IMG/VR virus record: IMGVR_UViG_3300021400_000012 | Location: 32,001-96,000 of that record | Source: a virus | Taxonomy: Duplodnaviria > Caudoviricetes | DNA: 64,000 bases | Reading direction: 5' to 3' (one strand) | Part shown: in pieces, positions 22,748 through 32,956 of the stretch | How the letters are laid out: the number at the start of each line of letters is the position of its first letter | Numbering within the stretch: position 1 is the first letter of the stretch | Translations under genes and position numbers: made by a program | The notes under the pieces: generated by a model | Databases searched by the model: none | Seen by the model: the letters and a program-made list of their open reading frames with translations, nothing else | Told to the model about the DNA's origin: nothing

Positions 22748-23671
22748 TTAAAATCCGAGGTCAAGTGCTCCCTTCGTGCCATGCTGCACTGGAGTCTTCT
22801 TAACTGCCGGAGCAGACTTACGCTCTTCAAGACGAGCCTTCCGAGCGGCCATAGCTGCCTTAATATCACTCAGTTCCCAGCCAAGATCGCCATCCAGCGG
22901 TGCCTGAGAACCACCAGTGATAACAAATTCGCTAACATTAATTGTGCGATAAGACTTCTGAGGCTCACCAAAATCAACTTCTTCTACCACTTCTTCAGTA
23001 CGAGAAGAGAAATTCAGACGGCCACTTGCCTTAAAGCACTCACCAGCACTCCAATATCCTTCGATGGCATCAATAACACTTGGAGACGAAGCAACCAGTG
23101 TAATGAGATCGACATTCATCACGCTAGCATTTGGAGCCGTATACTGCGGCACAATAACTTCCACCTTCAGCTTCGCGGGATCCAGTTCAACGCCTTCTCT
23201 ATCAACCATACGAGCAATACTGGAAACCATAAATTCAAGATTAAATGTAGCCTGCGGTGTAAATTCACCAGTTGCCTTGCTTACGAACGAAGCATTAACA
23301 CGCGGCTGCGAAACCATCTGACCATTCTGACCAAGGAATTCATTCATACGAATGTTTGCATTGGTGATACGAACCTTATCTGCCTGCTCAACCGAACCAG
23401 CGGCTGCGATAGACACATATTCTTTCATGACACGTTCAATCGACTCATACGCCGGATTGATCTTTCCAGCCTTAGTATACTTGGTCGAGAACATATAAAC
23501 CGGGATCTCAAGATTCACTTCGGAGCCATTAATATTCTGATTTACCAGAACCTTAATCGAACCACCGATTGCTTCAACATCTGCACCATCTCTCTGAAAT
23601 GAGCTATACTTTAAATCAGTTTCTGCAAGAATACCTTCAATCTTAACTTTGTTTTCTGCCTGTCTAAACAT
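22748..23671 (-). CDS. putative single-stranded DNA-binding protein
   Basis: N-terminal NKVKIEGIL OB-fold-like start, C-terminal DLGF tail, replication context. Confidence 0.6.
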   Translation of the reverse strand: MFRQAENKVKIEGILAETDLKYSSFQRDGADVEAIGGSIKVLVNQNINGSEVNLEIPVYMFSTKYTKAGKINPAYESIERVMKEYVSIAAAGSVEQADKVRITNANIRMNEFLGQNGQMVSQPRVNASFVSKATGEFTPQATFNLEFMVSSIARMVDREGVELDPAKLKVEVIVPQYTAPNASVMNVDLITLVASSPSVIDAIEGYWSAGECFKASGRLNFSSRTEEVVEEVDFGEPQKSYRTINVSEFVITGGSQAPLDGDLGWELSDIKAAMAARKARLEERKSAPAVKKTPVQHGTKGALDLGF

Positions 23672-23712
23672 TTTTTTCTCCTAGTTTTTTTATTCAGTTT
23701 TTTTGAGAGAGA

Positions 23713-23740
23713 AATGCCCGTAGTAAAGACCACGGGCATT
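23713..23740 (-). terminator. hairpin / probable terminator
   Basis: AATGCCCGT...ACGGGCATT inverted repeat. Confidence 0.5.
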
Positions 23741-23752
23741 GCTAATGATCTA

Positions 23753-24007
23753 TTACTCTTCGTCAGCTTCCGGAACGTAGTTCAGACCAGCATCAGTCAG
23801 GGTGACAATCGTGATCTTACGACCTTCTTCAGTCTTGCCGCCATCTTCTGTCGTAGCCAGACCATTCTTCACCAGCGAGTTCACACGACCGGTAACAGAC
23901 GCGATCTTCTCAAGGCCAAGGCCATTCATAATCTCAGCAGTTGTGCAGCTGCCACCATGATTCTTAATAAAATCAAAAGCTTCCTGTGTCTTCTCTTTAA
24001 GCACCAT
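23753..24007 (-). CDS. winged-helix DNA-binding protein
   Basis: TTAEI...SVTGRVNSLVKNGL...LTDAG wHTH pattern. Confidence 0.7.
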   Translation of the reverse strand: MVLKEKTQEAFDFIKNHGGSCTTAEIMNGLGLEKIASVTGRVNSLVKNGLATTEDGGKTEEGRKITIVTLTDAGLNYVPEADEE

Positions 24008-24105
24008 TCTATTCTCCTATTCCGCCATTTATTTTTTATAGTTTATTTTATTTGTTGGGCGGCCAACTACAATTAAGAAAGTCATCTTTAACTTTCTATA
24101 TTATT

Positions 24106-24134
24106 ATTATAGTAAAAATTTCATCATTTTTCAA
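24106..24134 (-). promoter_or_regulatory. sigmaA-type promoter
   Basis: TTGAAA-17-TATAAT. Confidence 0.7.
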
Positions 24135-24137
24135 ACT

Positions 24138-26483
24138 TTAAACGACTGAAAGATTTATAATTTTAGAATTTTCTGTTAATTTTAAAACTTTCACGCCTTG
24201 TGTCCCGCGCGATAAAAGCGGTACGTCTTGAAGTTTGATACGAATTTGTGAAACATTTGAAGTAATTAATAGATCATTCTGTGAATTAATTGGTAAAATA
24301 TCACAAAGTGAGCTGGTATTTTGAATTTTTACACCTTTGGTAGCGCGCCCCGTCACTCTAAATTCTGAGAGAGTGGTTCGTTTGATGTATCCATCTGTTG
24401 AGATGGAAGCGAGTTCAGTGGCACCTGCAGGCATGACGCAGGCCCCGCAAACCACGTCGCCTTCATCAAGTTTAATGCCCGTGATGCCGCGGCTAACGCG
24501 ACCAGTTGATCGAATGTCTTTCGTGTCGATCCAGATAAAGTTGCCGGATTGAGAAGCAATTCCGATCCGTTCTTCGTCCACAAACAATCCTGCCACAATT
24601 TCGTCGCCTGGGTCGAGTTTAATAGCGGTTGCGCCCACATTTCGTTTAAGATTGTATTCATTTATTTCTGACTTTTTGAGTACTCCGTGTCTAGTAATGA
24701 AAATAATGAACTTTTTCCTAGCGCTCGTGGATAATACAGCACCGGCGATGACCCGTTCATTGGGAACGAGGTTGCAGTATCCAGACAACAAAGTTTTGGC
24801 ATCGACTTCAAATTGGCCCAACCGGACATGATAGAAGTTGCCGAGCTGAGTGAACAAGAGGATTTCATCGCTGCTTGATCCAACGGCAGTCGATATAACG
24901 TATTCTCCTTTGTCCAATTTAAACTTGGAACCAACTCCAGTTCGCTTTTGGGTGTAGAGAGTACTGGTTTCTTGAGCGAAGATGGCGCCGGTGTTGCAGA
25001 AGGCGACTGAGATTTGTTTTTTCTCAATTGGTTCCGAATCTTCGCTTTCTGCGAGCGATGTAATTTTTGTCCTGCGGGCATCGCCGTATTTTTTGGCGAC
25101 TTCTTGCCAGCCTTTTTTGATTTCTGCATTGAAGAGCTCTTCATTATTTAATATCCTCTCAATTGATTCTGCTTCACTTAAAAGTTTAATACGTTCATCT
25201 TCTAATTTTTTAACTTCCAAATGTGCTAGACGACTCAGTTTCATATCCAAAACGGCCTTAGCCTGAATATCATCTAGTAGGAACTGATTACATAATTTCA
25301 ATGTGGCGGCCGCAGTCGAAGCAGAAGATTTAATAACTTGTACTACTTCTTCGATTCGCGCCAAACAAATTAAAAGACCATCAATAATATGTATACGATC
25401 TTTAATTTTTTGTAAATCATATTCAAATCCACGGCGATAGACTTCTTTTTCGTGATCGATATGAGCTTGGAGCATTTCCTTCCAAGTAAACGCTCGCGGA
25501 AAACGACCTTTGTCAAGCATTGTGAAGTTAATGCCGAAGTAAGATTGCAGCGATGTATTCTTGAAAAGATATTTCAGAACTTTATCAGGGTTAGCTTTCT
25601 TCATCAAATAAATTTTGATGAGCGGTGTTTTACCCGTTAAGTCATTAAAGCGCTCAACGCCAGGGTTCTCTTCTGATTCAATTATCTTTTCAAGCTCTCC
25701 GCAGATTGTGTTTGTATATACTCCATAAGGAATCTCTGTGACAACAAAGCATCTTTCTTTGCTGTCGAAGTCAACGACTGATCGCAATTTACAGGCAAAA
25801 CCGGTTCCGGCGCGCATTGATTGTTTGACTTCGGATTCATTATATAAAATTGCGCCCGTCGCAAAATCGGGAGCGCAGTAGATGTCCTCGAAGCTACATT
25901 CTGGGTTATCAATTAAATAACAAAGAGCATTGTTCAGTTCTTTTAAGTTATACTGCGGAATGGAACAAGCCATTCCAACGCCAATACCTTGCGCGCCATT
26001 AACGATATTGTAGAAACCTTTTGTAGGAAGAATAGCTGGATACTGTTTCGTATTATCATAACTATCACGCCATTCAATAATTGTTTCTTTATCAATATCA
26101 TCAAACATCTGGCCAGCTATTTTTGACAAACGAGATTCAGTATAACGTGGTGCTGCCCAGTTTCCACTTTCGATTAATGATCCAGCATTACCCTTTACAT
26201 CAATTAATGGATAACGCATAGCAAAAGGCTGGCCGGCGCGCATGATAATTCCTTCACAAGAACTGTCACCATGGATATAAAAATCAGCCATGGCCATACC
26301 AACTGCGTTCATTGTTTTCTTATGTGGGTTATTTGCAGTTAATTTATGAATGAGCATAGAATAAAAGATCTGACGTGCAGAAGGTTTTAATCCATCGCGT
26401 ACATCGATCAAGGCTCTATTTTGTAATACTGCGCCCGCATATTGTATAAATGAATCTTGAATTACGGTATTTAATTCACTCAT
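24138..26483 (-). CDS. gyrA: type IIA topoisomerase subunit A (GyrA/ParC-like) with beta-pinwheel CTD
   Basis: DVRDGLKP, HGDSS, AAPRYTE, GIGVGMA and repeated R...G.K.I.L blades. Confidence 0.9.
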   Translation of the reverse strand: MSELNTVIQDSFIQYAGAVLQNRALIDVRDGLKPSARQIFYSMLIHKLTANNPHKKTMNAVGMAMADFYIHGDSSCEGIIMRAGQPFAMRYPLIDVKGNAGSLIESGNWAAPRYTESRLSKIAGQMFDDIDKETIIEWRDSYDNTKQYPAILPTKGFYNIVNGAQGIGVGMACSIPQYNLKELNNALCYLIDNPECSFEDIYCAPDFATGAILYNESEVKQSMRAGTGFACKLRSVVDFDSKERCFVVTEIPYGVYTNTICGELEKIIESEENPGVERFNDLTGKTPLIKIYLMKKANPDKVLKYLFKNTSLQSYFGINFTMLDKGRFPRAFTWKEMLQAHIDHEKEVYRRGFEYDLQKIKDRIHIIDGLLICLARIEEVVQVIKSSASTAAATLKLCNQFLLDDIQAKAVLDMKLSRLAHLEVKKLEDERIKLLSEAESIERILNNEELFNAEIKKGWQEVAKKYGDARRTKITSLAESEDSEPIEKKQISVAFCNTGAIFAQETSTLYTQKRTGVGSKFKLDKGEYVISTAVGSSSDEILLFTQLGNFYHVRLGQFEVDAKTLLSGYCNLVPNERVIAGAVLSTSARKKFIIFITRHGVLKKSEINEYNLKRNVGATAIKLDPGDEIVAGLFVDEERIGIASQSGNFIWIDTKDIRSTGRVSRGITGIKLDEGDVVCGACVMPAGATELASISTDGYIKRTTLSEFRVTGRATKGVKIQNTSSLCDILPINSQNDLLITSNVSQIRIKLQDVPLLSRGTQGVKVLKLTENSKIINLSVV

Positions 26484-26504
26484 TTTTATTTCCTTTTATA
26501 AAAA

Positions 26505-26726
26505 TTAAAGATGGCTAAAACATTGAATATGTTTATTTATTTCATTACTATTACAGTCACCAGTAATAATTAACTCTTTTAACTCTGAAAATGGGAATAA
26601 GTATTGTTTGTCTCGTGAGCGTATTATTACGTTTTTTAAACCGTTAATTAAAATAGTTCTTTTGTTTGTGTGAATTGAAATATCAATTACATTTTCATCG
26701 GCTGTGTTTGTAATAGATTCTGTCAT
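26505..26726 (-). CDS. hypothetical protein
   Basis: GGAG RBS, lies between the topoisomerase subunits. Confidence 0.5.
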   Translation of the reverse strand: MTESITNTADENVIDISIHTNKRTILINGLKNVIIRSRDKQYLFPFSELKELIITGDCNSNEINKHIQCFSHL

Positions 26727-26733
26727 GTTTTTT

Positions 26734-28587
26734 TTACTCCCTTATCTTTGAAAAATCAATATTGTTCATTATAAATTCACGGCGAGGTTCAACTTCTACA
26801 CCCATTAAATCATAAAGTAAATTAATTGCTTTATCACCCCACTCCATGCGTTCCATTCTTTGATATTCTTTAGTAAACATAGAAATATGGGCAATTTCGG
26901 CGTCTAACTCACCAAGACCTTTCGCGCGAGTAACTTCGCCTTTAATATTTTTTCTTACTTTATTAAATTCTTCATCTGTGAAATAAAATGAATATTTATT
27001 TTTATTTTCAACTATATATAGAGGAGATCGAAGCCAATATAATCGTCCCTCTTTAATAAAATCAGGAGCAAAATATGTTAAAGCTGCCATTATCAAAAGA
27101 CCTATATGCGCACCATCACTGTCGGCATCAGTACAAATTGCAATTTTTCCGTATCTTAATTTAGAAGCGTTATATTTGCCAGGAGTAATATTCATTGCGC
27201 TAAGTAAAAGTTTAATTTCTTCGTTTTGAAAAATTTTTTCTTCTTGATTAGACAGACAATTAATAATTTTACCACGAATTGCTAAAAGTCCATATCTTGT
27301 ATAATCTCGAGCTTGCGCCATTCCTCCCATAGCACTATCACCCTCTACAATTAAAAGAGTTGAATTTTCTCCTAAAAATTCAGCATCTTTTAATTTATCT
27401 GATGCAAATACTTTTTTCTTTTGATTTTTTTCAATTTCTTTTGCTGCATTTAGGACTTGCTGGCGGGCTCGCTCGGCTGCAGCTTCAGCTTTTGCAATCT
27501 TTTTAAGGAGATCCACAATTGTATTGAACTCATCCTTATATCGTAGCTGCATTTGTTTGAGAGCGTCGGAGAATGCATTCGAAGCCAAAGTTCGCAAACT
27601 CGCGTTATTGATTTTTGATTTTGTTTGGTTAGCAAAAGAAGGATTCGCCACGGAACAGTTGATGACATAGAATAAACCAGATCTAATACTATCCCCATCA
27701 AACTTTTGCCCTGACAACGAGTTGAAAGTACGAGTAATCGCGGTCTTGGCTCCAGTAATCGGAGATCCGCCCTCTGGACAACGTAGGCCATTAACGAAGA
27801 CATATTCAGATTCTTTGCCGCTTCCCCACTGAAAAGCGATGTCAACTCGATCGGTTCCATCTGTTGCACTCCCAGTAATAATATGTTGATGTAGTGGATC
27901 GGTGATATTATCTTTTACAAAATCAACAATACCATTTTTTGCACAATAAGTTTTAATTTTATTGTTTTCACCACGAACTTCAAATGTAATTCCGCTATAT
28001 AAATAGGAAATATTTTTTATATCTTCGGAAATTTTATCAAATGAATAACCAATCTCTCCATTTTTGAAAACTTCGGGATCGGGTCGGAACCAAACATAAG
28101 TTCCATCTTTTTCACTTGTTTTAAATTCTTTATAATTTGTTAAAAAGCCCTGATGGAAAGTTGCTTCTGCGCCCTGGCCGCCACGAAAGCTTTGTACAAT
28201 AAAATCTTGGGCGCTTAAACATACGCATTTCGCGCCAATGCCATTTAAACCACTAACATTCTTATAAACCGAATCATCAAACTTGCCGCCAGTATGAGAA
28301 CGAGAATAAATTGAAACTAAAACATTTTCTCCGTCTTCTCTAATACCGAAAGGTACGCCGCGGCCATAGTCACGAACACTTATTGAATTATCTGTTTCTT
28401 GAAGACAAATTTCGATTTTTTTGCCAAATCCAGCAATTGCTTCATCGGTTGCATTATTGATGATTTCTTTTAGTGCTTGATAAGTGCCATCATTATCATC
28501 TGTACCAAGATACATTTGAATACGGGTTCTTACGCCTTCTCTAAAGTCTAATGACTTAATGTCGTCGATTCCATATTCTTGGCTCAT
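26734..28587 (-). CDS. gyrB: type IIA topoisomerase subunit B (GyrB/ParE-like)
   Basis: EIINNATDE, DYGRGVP, HTGGKF, GLNGIG, VEGDSA, IRGKI, DADSDG and KGLGE. Confidence 0.92.
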   Translation of the reverse strand: MSQEYGIDDIKSLDFREGVRTRIQMYLGTDDNDGTYQALKEIINNATDEAIAGFGKKIEICLQETDNSISVRDYGRGVPFGIREDGENVLVSIYSRSHTGGKFDDSVYKNVSGLNGIGAKCVCLSAQDFIVQSFRGGQGAEATFHQGFLTNYKEFKTSEKDGTYVWFRPDPEVFKNGEIGYSFDKISEDIKNISYLYSGITFEVRGENNKIKTYCAKNGIVDFVKDNITDPLHQHIITGSATDGTDRVDIAFQWGSGKESEYVFVNGLRCPEGGSPITGAKTAITRTFNSLSGQKFDGDSIRSGLFYVINCSVANPSFANQTKSKINNASLRTLASNAFSDALKQMQLRYKDEFNTIVDLLKKIAKAEAAAERARQQVLNAAKEIEKNQKKKVFASDKLKDAEFLGENSTLLIVEGDSAMGGMAQARDYTRYGLLAIRGKIINCLSNQEEKIFQNEEIKLLLSAMNITPGKYNASKLRYGKIAICTDADSDGAHIGLLIMAALTYFAPDFIKEGRLYWLRSPLYIVENKNKYSFYFTDEEFNKVRKNIKGEVTRAKGLGELDAEIAHISMFTKEYQRMERMEWGDKAINLLYDLMGVEVEPRREFIMNNIDFSKIRE

Positions 28588-28702
28588 TTAACTCTCCTTT
28601 ATTTAATTTATAATATAATTTTATATTATTTTTAATAATTAATCAAATTTTATAAATATCATTATTTTATTAAAATTGATATATCTCCATTATTATAATT
28701 AA

Positions 28703-28731
28703 ATTATATCAAAAATTTCAATAAAAATCAA
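28703..28731 (-). promoter_or_regulatory. sigmaA-type promoter for the replication block
   Basis: TTGATT-17-TATAAT with TG. Confidence 0.7.
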
Positions 28732-28845
28732 ATTATAAATTGGTTTCAAATTCGTGGAAAAATAGGATTAAATTTCTACTTTTATTTAGAAATTAAATAT
28801 GAGCATGGGAAACCGCGACTTTGTCATTTTTGCTTATAAATTTAG

Positions 28846-28872
28846 TGGTATGCCATGTGCATACCATTTTTT
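28846..28872 (+). terminator. intrinsic terminator in the leader of the tail operon
   Basis: TGGTATGC-CATGT-GCATACCA-TTTTTT. Confidence 0.6.
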
Positions 28873-28889
28873 AATTTTGAGGTATATAA

Positions 28890-29105
28890 ATGGAAAATTA
28901 TATTTTAGTTGAATCATTTGGCCGTATGAATGTGCAACATAGGCTGTGGTATGCAATGAACCTTACAGACCTTGTAGACATAAAGGCTCACTTTGGTGAT
29001 CGTGCATATGTTATTACAATGGGAGCTAATTATTATTATGGAAATGATAATAGTTGGTATGATGAATCTGGCAATGTGGCCGGGAGTGATAGCGAACCTG
29101 CATAA
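28890..29105 (+). CDS. hypothetical protein
   Basis: GAGGT RBS, intact ORF. Confidence 0.7.
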   Translation: MENYILVESFGRMNVQHRLWYAMNLTDLVDIKAHFGDRAYVITMGANYYYGNDNSWYDESGNVAGSDSEPA

Positions 29106-29122
29106 ATTGACGGGAGGTATAA

Positions 29123-29494
29123 ATGAAAAGAGGAACTACACCAACCTTACCCGTTCGATTAAAACTTAAAATTACTGATATTGAGTCTATTGAATTTCTT
29201 TTCAAACAGATAAAAGCAGAATCAGCTCCGGAAATTTTAAAAAAAGTTTATCCAGGTGATGACGTTGAATTCAATGAAGAAACTGGTCTTTTTGGAATTT
29301 CATTTTCAGAAGCTGATACACGGTTATTTACCGAAGATTAGCCGTTCTATATGGATACGCGTATTACTTTAATAAATGGTAAAATACCAGAAACACCTAT
29401 TGTAACATTACGTATGCATCCGACTCTGTTTGAATCAATAGATGAGGAGTCTGAAGACGATGGGTCTGAACAAGAAACCTCGCCAGCTGGTTAA
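29123..29494 (+). CDS. BppU-N-like baseplate/tail protein (123 aa, 1 TAG)
   Basis: MKRGTTPT start. Reads through TAG 29339 to TAA. Confidence 0.65.
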
Positions 29495-29819
29495 TGTCGA
29501 GGTTGTTTGTACGCCTGTCACTGACGTTGAAGTTTTAATTGATCCAGTTACAGGGGTAGAAACAAAAACAGAAGTGATCCCTGGCGTGAAAGGTACAACA
29601 TTTATACCTTCCGTCTCTTCGGAAGGGATCATCTCTTGGACTAATGATGATGGGTTACCAAATCCTGAACCTGTAAATATCAAAGGACCGCAAGGTAATC
29701 CAACGACGATTAATGGTAAAACTGGTGAGTCTATTACATTAACTGCCGAAGACGTGGGCGCCTTATCATCAGCAGATTTTGATTTGATCGATTGCGGGAC
29801 AAGCACGGAGGTGGTATGA
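29460..29819 (+). CDS. tail-fibre-associated protein
   Basis: GAGGAG RBS before ATG 29460. Fibre motif FIPSVSSEGIISWTNDDGLPNPEPVNIKGPQG. Confidence 0.65.
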   Translation: MGLNKKPRQLVNVEVVCTPVTDVEVLIDPVTGVETKTEVIPGVKGTTFIPSVSSEGIISWTNDDGLPNPEPVNIKGPQGNPTTINGKTGESITLTAEDVGALSSADFDLIDCGTSTEVV

Positions 29820-30187
29820 TGTCAATAAAAACAAGAATTAAATTAAAACGTGATACTACCGCTAATTGGAATGCCGCACATGGATTTATACCGCTCGAGG
29901 GAGAAATTATTATTTATTTAGACGGTAGAAAAATTGAGAAAAATGGCGAACTTGTAAATATGCCTACTATCAAAATTGGGGATGGAAAAGCTTATGTCCA
30001 AGATTTACCTTTTGTAGATGATGATACAAGAGATACACTTTTATTACATATAAATGATTCATTAATACACGTAAGTGCGCGAGATCGTCAATTTTGGGAT
30101 AATAAAATTAATATTGACGATTTGTATGAATCATTAAATGAAGAATTAGAAAATGAAACTTTAATATTCAGCAGAGATTTTCTGTGA
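29816..30187 (+). CDS. Mtd-N / hyaluronidase-N-like tail fibre domain protein
   Basis: RIKLKRDTTANW...PLEGE...KIGDG...DLPF. Confidence 0.75.
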   Translation: MMSIKTRIKLKRDTTANWNAAHGFIPLEGEIIIYLDGRKIEKNGELVNMPTIKIGDGKAYVQDLPFVDDDTRDTLLLHINDSLIHVSARDRQFWDNKINIDDLYESLNEELENETLIFSRDFL

Positions 30188-30200
30188 ATAAGGAGATAAA

Positions 30201-31370
30201 ATGGCAGATATTAGCAAAATTAAGTTACCTTCTGGTAATGAATATGACATAAAGGACGCTGTAGCCAGATAGATGATTGCTGGTGGTGTTTCTTTTAATA
30301 TTGTGTGGACAGCCGCAGAATATGCTAGTACATCGGCGCCTAACGCCGCTAAATTAGCAACCATCCCTGCTGGAGTTAATGTCTATTACAATAACGGCGC
30401 AGCCCATGCAACTGGTACTCTCGCGGCCAGCGATGATACGATTGGTAAGTTTTATTTAATTTATTCTAAAACTTAGGCCGGCACGTTAGATGCTTTTGAT
30501 GAATATGCGACAATTGGCGAAAGTACCAAAACGTGGGAAAAGATCGGTGATACATTAATTGATCTGTCAGGATTAGTAACAGATGTTACTCTTAATAAGT
30601 AGACTGATTCAGCCATTGGTGTGGATGCTACTTTCACTGTTACCCAACCGACGGTTGCATTAGCAACTGATACTACTTCTGGTACTGGCAAAGTACAAGT
30701 AGCAACTGGCGCGTCTGGCACAACTAAATATATTGGCGCGACCGCGACTGGTGGTGGCGCGGCTTGGGCTTCTAAGGATACAAAAACTGTTGTTACAAGT
30801 GTTACTGCTTCGACAAGTAATCTCGCAACAAGTAGCGTTACTGGTGTGCAGGCGGCAACCACAACCGCGTCTAAAGCTACTGCTGCGGCCAGCTAGGTTA
30901 CTGCGAATGGGTCTGGTACTGCTACAACCGAAAATACCGATTGGTTAAAAGGTGTTAGTGTGGCTAACGAGGTTTTGACCATAGGGGCGGCCGCGATGGA
31001 CACTCAAGCAACAACTCAATTTACTTTTGCAGATGTTACTGTTCCAATTAAGAATAGTTCTGCTACAACAGTTGCAACTGGACAGCTTGTTGCTACAGGT
31101 GGTGGAGCATCGGTTGCTACCAATGTAAGCGTAGGAAGCTCTGTTGATGTTATCGGTTCAAGCGCAACCCTTAGTAATACGCAGCCGACCATCAGTCTCG
31201 CTCAAAATGATGCTACTGCAACAGGTAGAGTTGGAGTTGTGACTGATATTAGTGCGTCTACTACCTATTTAAAAGCTACTGCGGCGGATGGTAATGTTGC
31301 TTGGAACAATAAAGATAGTGTAAGTGTCCTTACAAGTACTTCTTCAATTACTGTTACAAAAGGCGAGTAA
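30201..31370 (+). CDS. Thr/Ala-rich tail fibre (389 aa, TAG=Gln)
   Basis: AGGAG RBS, MADISKIKLPSGNEYDIKD. Joins track ORFs 30273, 30621 and 30960. Confidence 0.75.
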
Positions 31371-31396
31371 TTTATACCGTTTTTTAGGAGGTATAA

Positions 31397-32944
31397 ATGG
31401 CTGATATTAAATAGATTACATTACCAAATGGTAGTGTTTATAATATAAAAGACGAAGTCGCAAGAAATGCTATTAGTAACTTAAATAGTTTTAATATTGC
31501 AGTTGTTCAATCTCTTCCTACTTAGAATATAGATAGTCATACTATTTATTTTTTAGGAAATCCTCCTTCAGTTGTTGGTGAAGCAGCGGTTGGTTCAGCA
31601 TATGTTACTGAAGAAAATAATATTTATGAAGAGTGGATATATGTTAATAATCGATGGGAGATAGTTGGAACTACTGCAATTAATTTGGATGATTATGTTC
31701 CTACTTCGAGAAAGGTTAATGGAAAAGAACTAAGTAATGATATTACTATAGGCGCTGGAGATATTGATCTTGACATGTATGGCGATATTATGCCATTAGA
31801 TGAAGCTATATAGGATCTTGCTGGCAACCTTTCTTCTGTAGCTTGGAGTGGTAGCTATAATGATTTAAGTGATACTCCACCCTTAGCTCCGGTGGCTCTG
31901 AGTGGTAGTTATAATGATTTAAGTGATACTCCAACTTTGGCTTAGTCTAACTGGGAAGAAACGGATGGTACTGATCTGAGTTATATTGAAAATAAACCAC
32001 CAGTTGGCAGAGGAATAGGCAATGGTTCGGTATCAATTCCTGATATAATCGATAATAATATATATACTTTATAGGTGACTGGGAATGCTAGTGCTACTGA
32101 ATATAGTTATACTACCGAAGATACCCTTCCAGCGACTTTTTCAATTAACTATACAGTTTATTATGAGCAAGGATCATCTTCTTCTTATAAATATGTAAAG
32201 ATAAAAGAAGTAGATAAAACTAATCATACAATAAAATTTACTCATACTTTAAGTACAAACGCAATTACAAATGCTACGGTCATTATTTACCTATATAAAA
32301 ATATTATTTCTGGTGTTAGGTCAGTCGCAATTGGAACTTCAAATCTCCTAGCAGCGGCTAATGCATTTGCAGTAGGTCAAGGTAATGAAATTAAATCTTA
32401 TGCAATTGCAATTGGTTATGGAAATAAAGTAGGAAGTATGTATGGTCTAGCAACTGGGAAAGAAACTGAAGTTGGGGCATATTATGCGACTACCGCAGGA
32501 TATAATACAATTGCTAATGGTAGATCTCAAGTAACTTTTGGTGAATTTAATATAGCTGATCCATCTTCGGCAGGTAGCAATACTAAGGGGGCCTATGTAG
32601 AAATAGTTGGTAACGGAACGGCCGATGACTCTCGTTCTAATGCCCGTACACTTGATTGGAACGGCAATGAGATACTAGCTGGTAAATTAACTGTTGGCGT
32701 GGGACCTTCTAGTGATATGGATGTTACTACAAAGTAGTACGTAGATAATGCTATTAGTCAGGTGAGTCCTAGCTCCTTATATTGGGCAAATATTGCAGTT
32801 TCTTCAGATTAGAAATTTAATGCTACGCCAGAAATGGCAAGTTTAAAATTAAACGGCAACACTAATGCCGCGGCTTCATCGACTATTTTTGTAAATTTTG
32901 TATTTGATTCATCTACATAGACATTAAATTTTGTTTTTAACTAA
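31397..32944 (+). CDS. tail fibre with YadA-head-like repeats (515 aa, TAG=Gln)
   Basis: N-terminus paralogous to 30201. SVAIG/AFAVG/AIAIG repeats and EIVGNGT...RSNARTLDWNGN. Confidence 0.75.
31847..31933 (+). repeat. 54-bp-period coding repeat (SGSYNDLSDTP x2)
   Basis: AGTGGTAGYTATAATGATTTAAGTGATACTCCA at 31847 and 31901. Confidence 0.8.
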
Positions 32945-32956
32945 TAAGGAGGCTAA

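Noticed and set aside
7559-27869. Antisense and off-frame track ORFs (e.g. 7559, 9210, 16691, 22781, 24662, 27450)
   Set aside because: They are shadows of well-supported genes and lack an RBS or motifs.
31847-31933. CRISPR-like repeat
   Set aside because: Only two copies, in frame within a fibre gene, and no cas genes.
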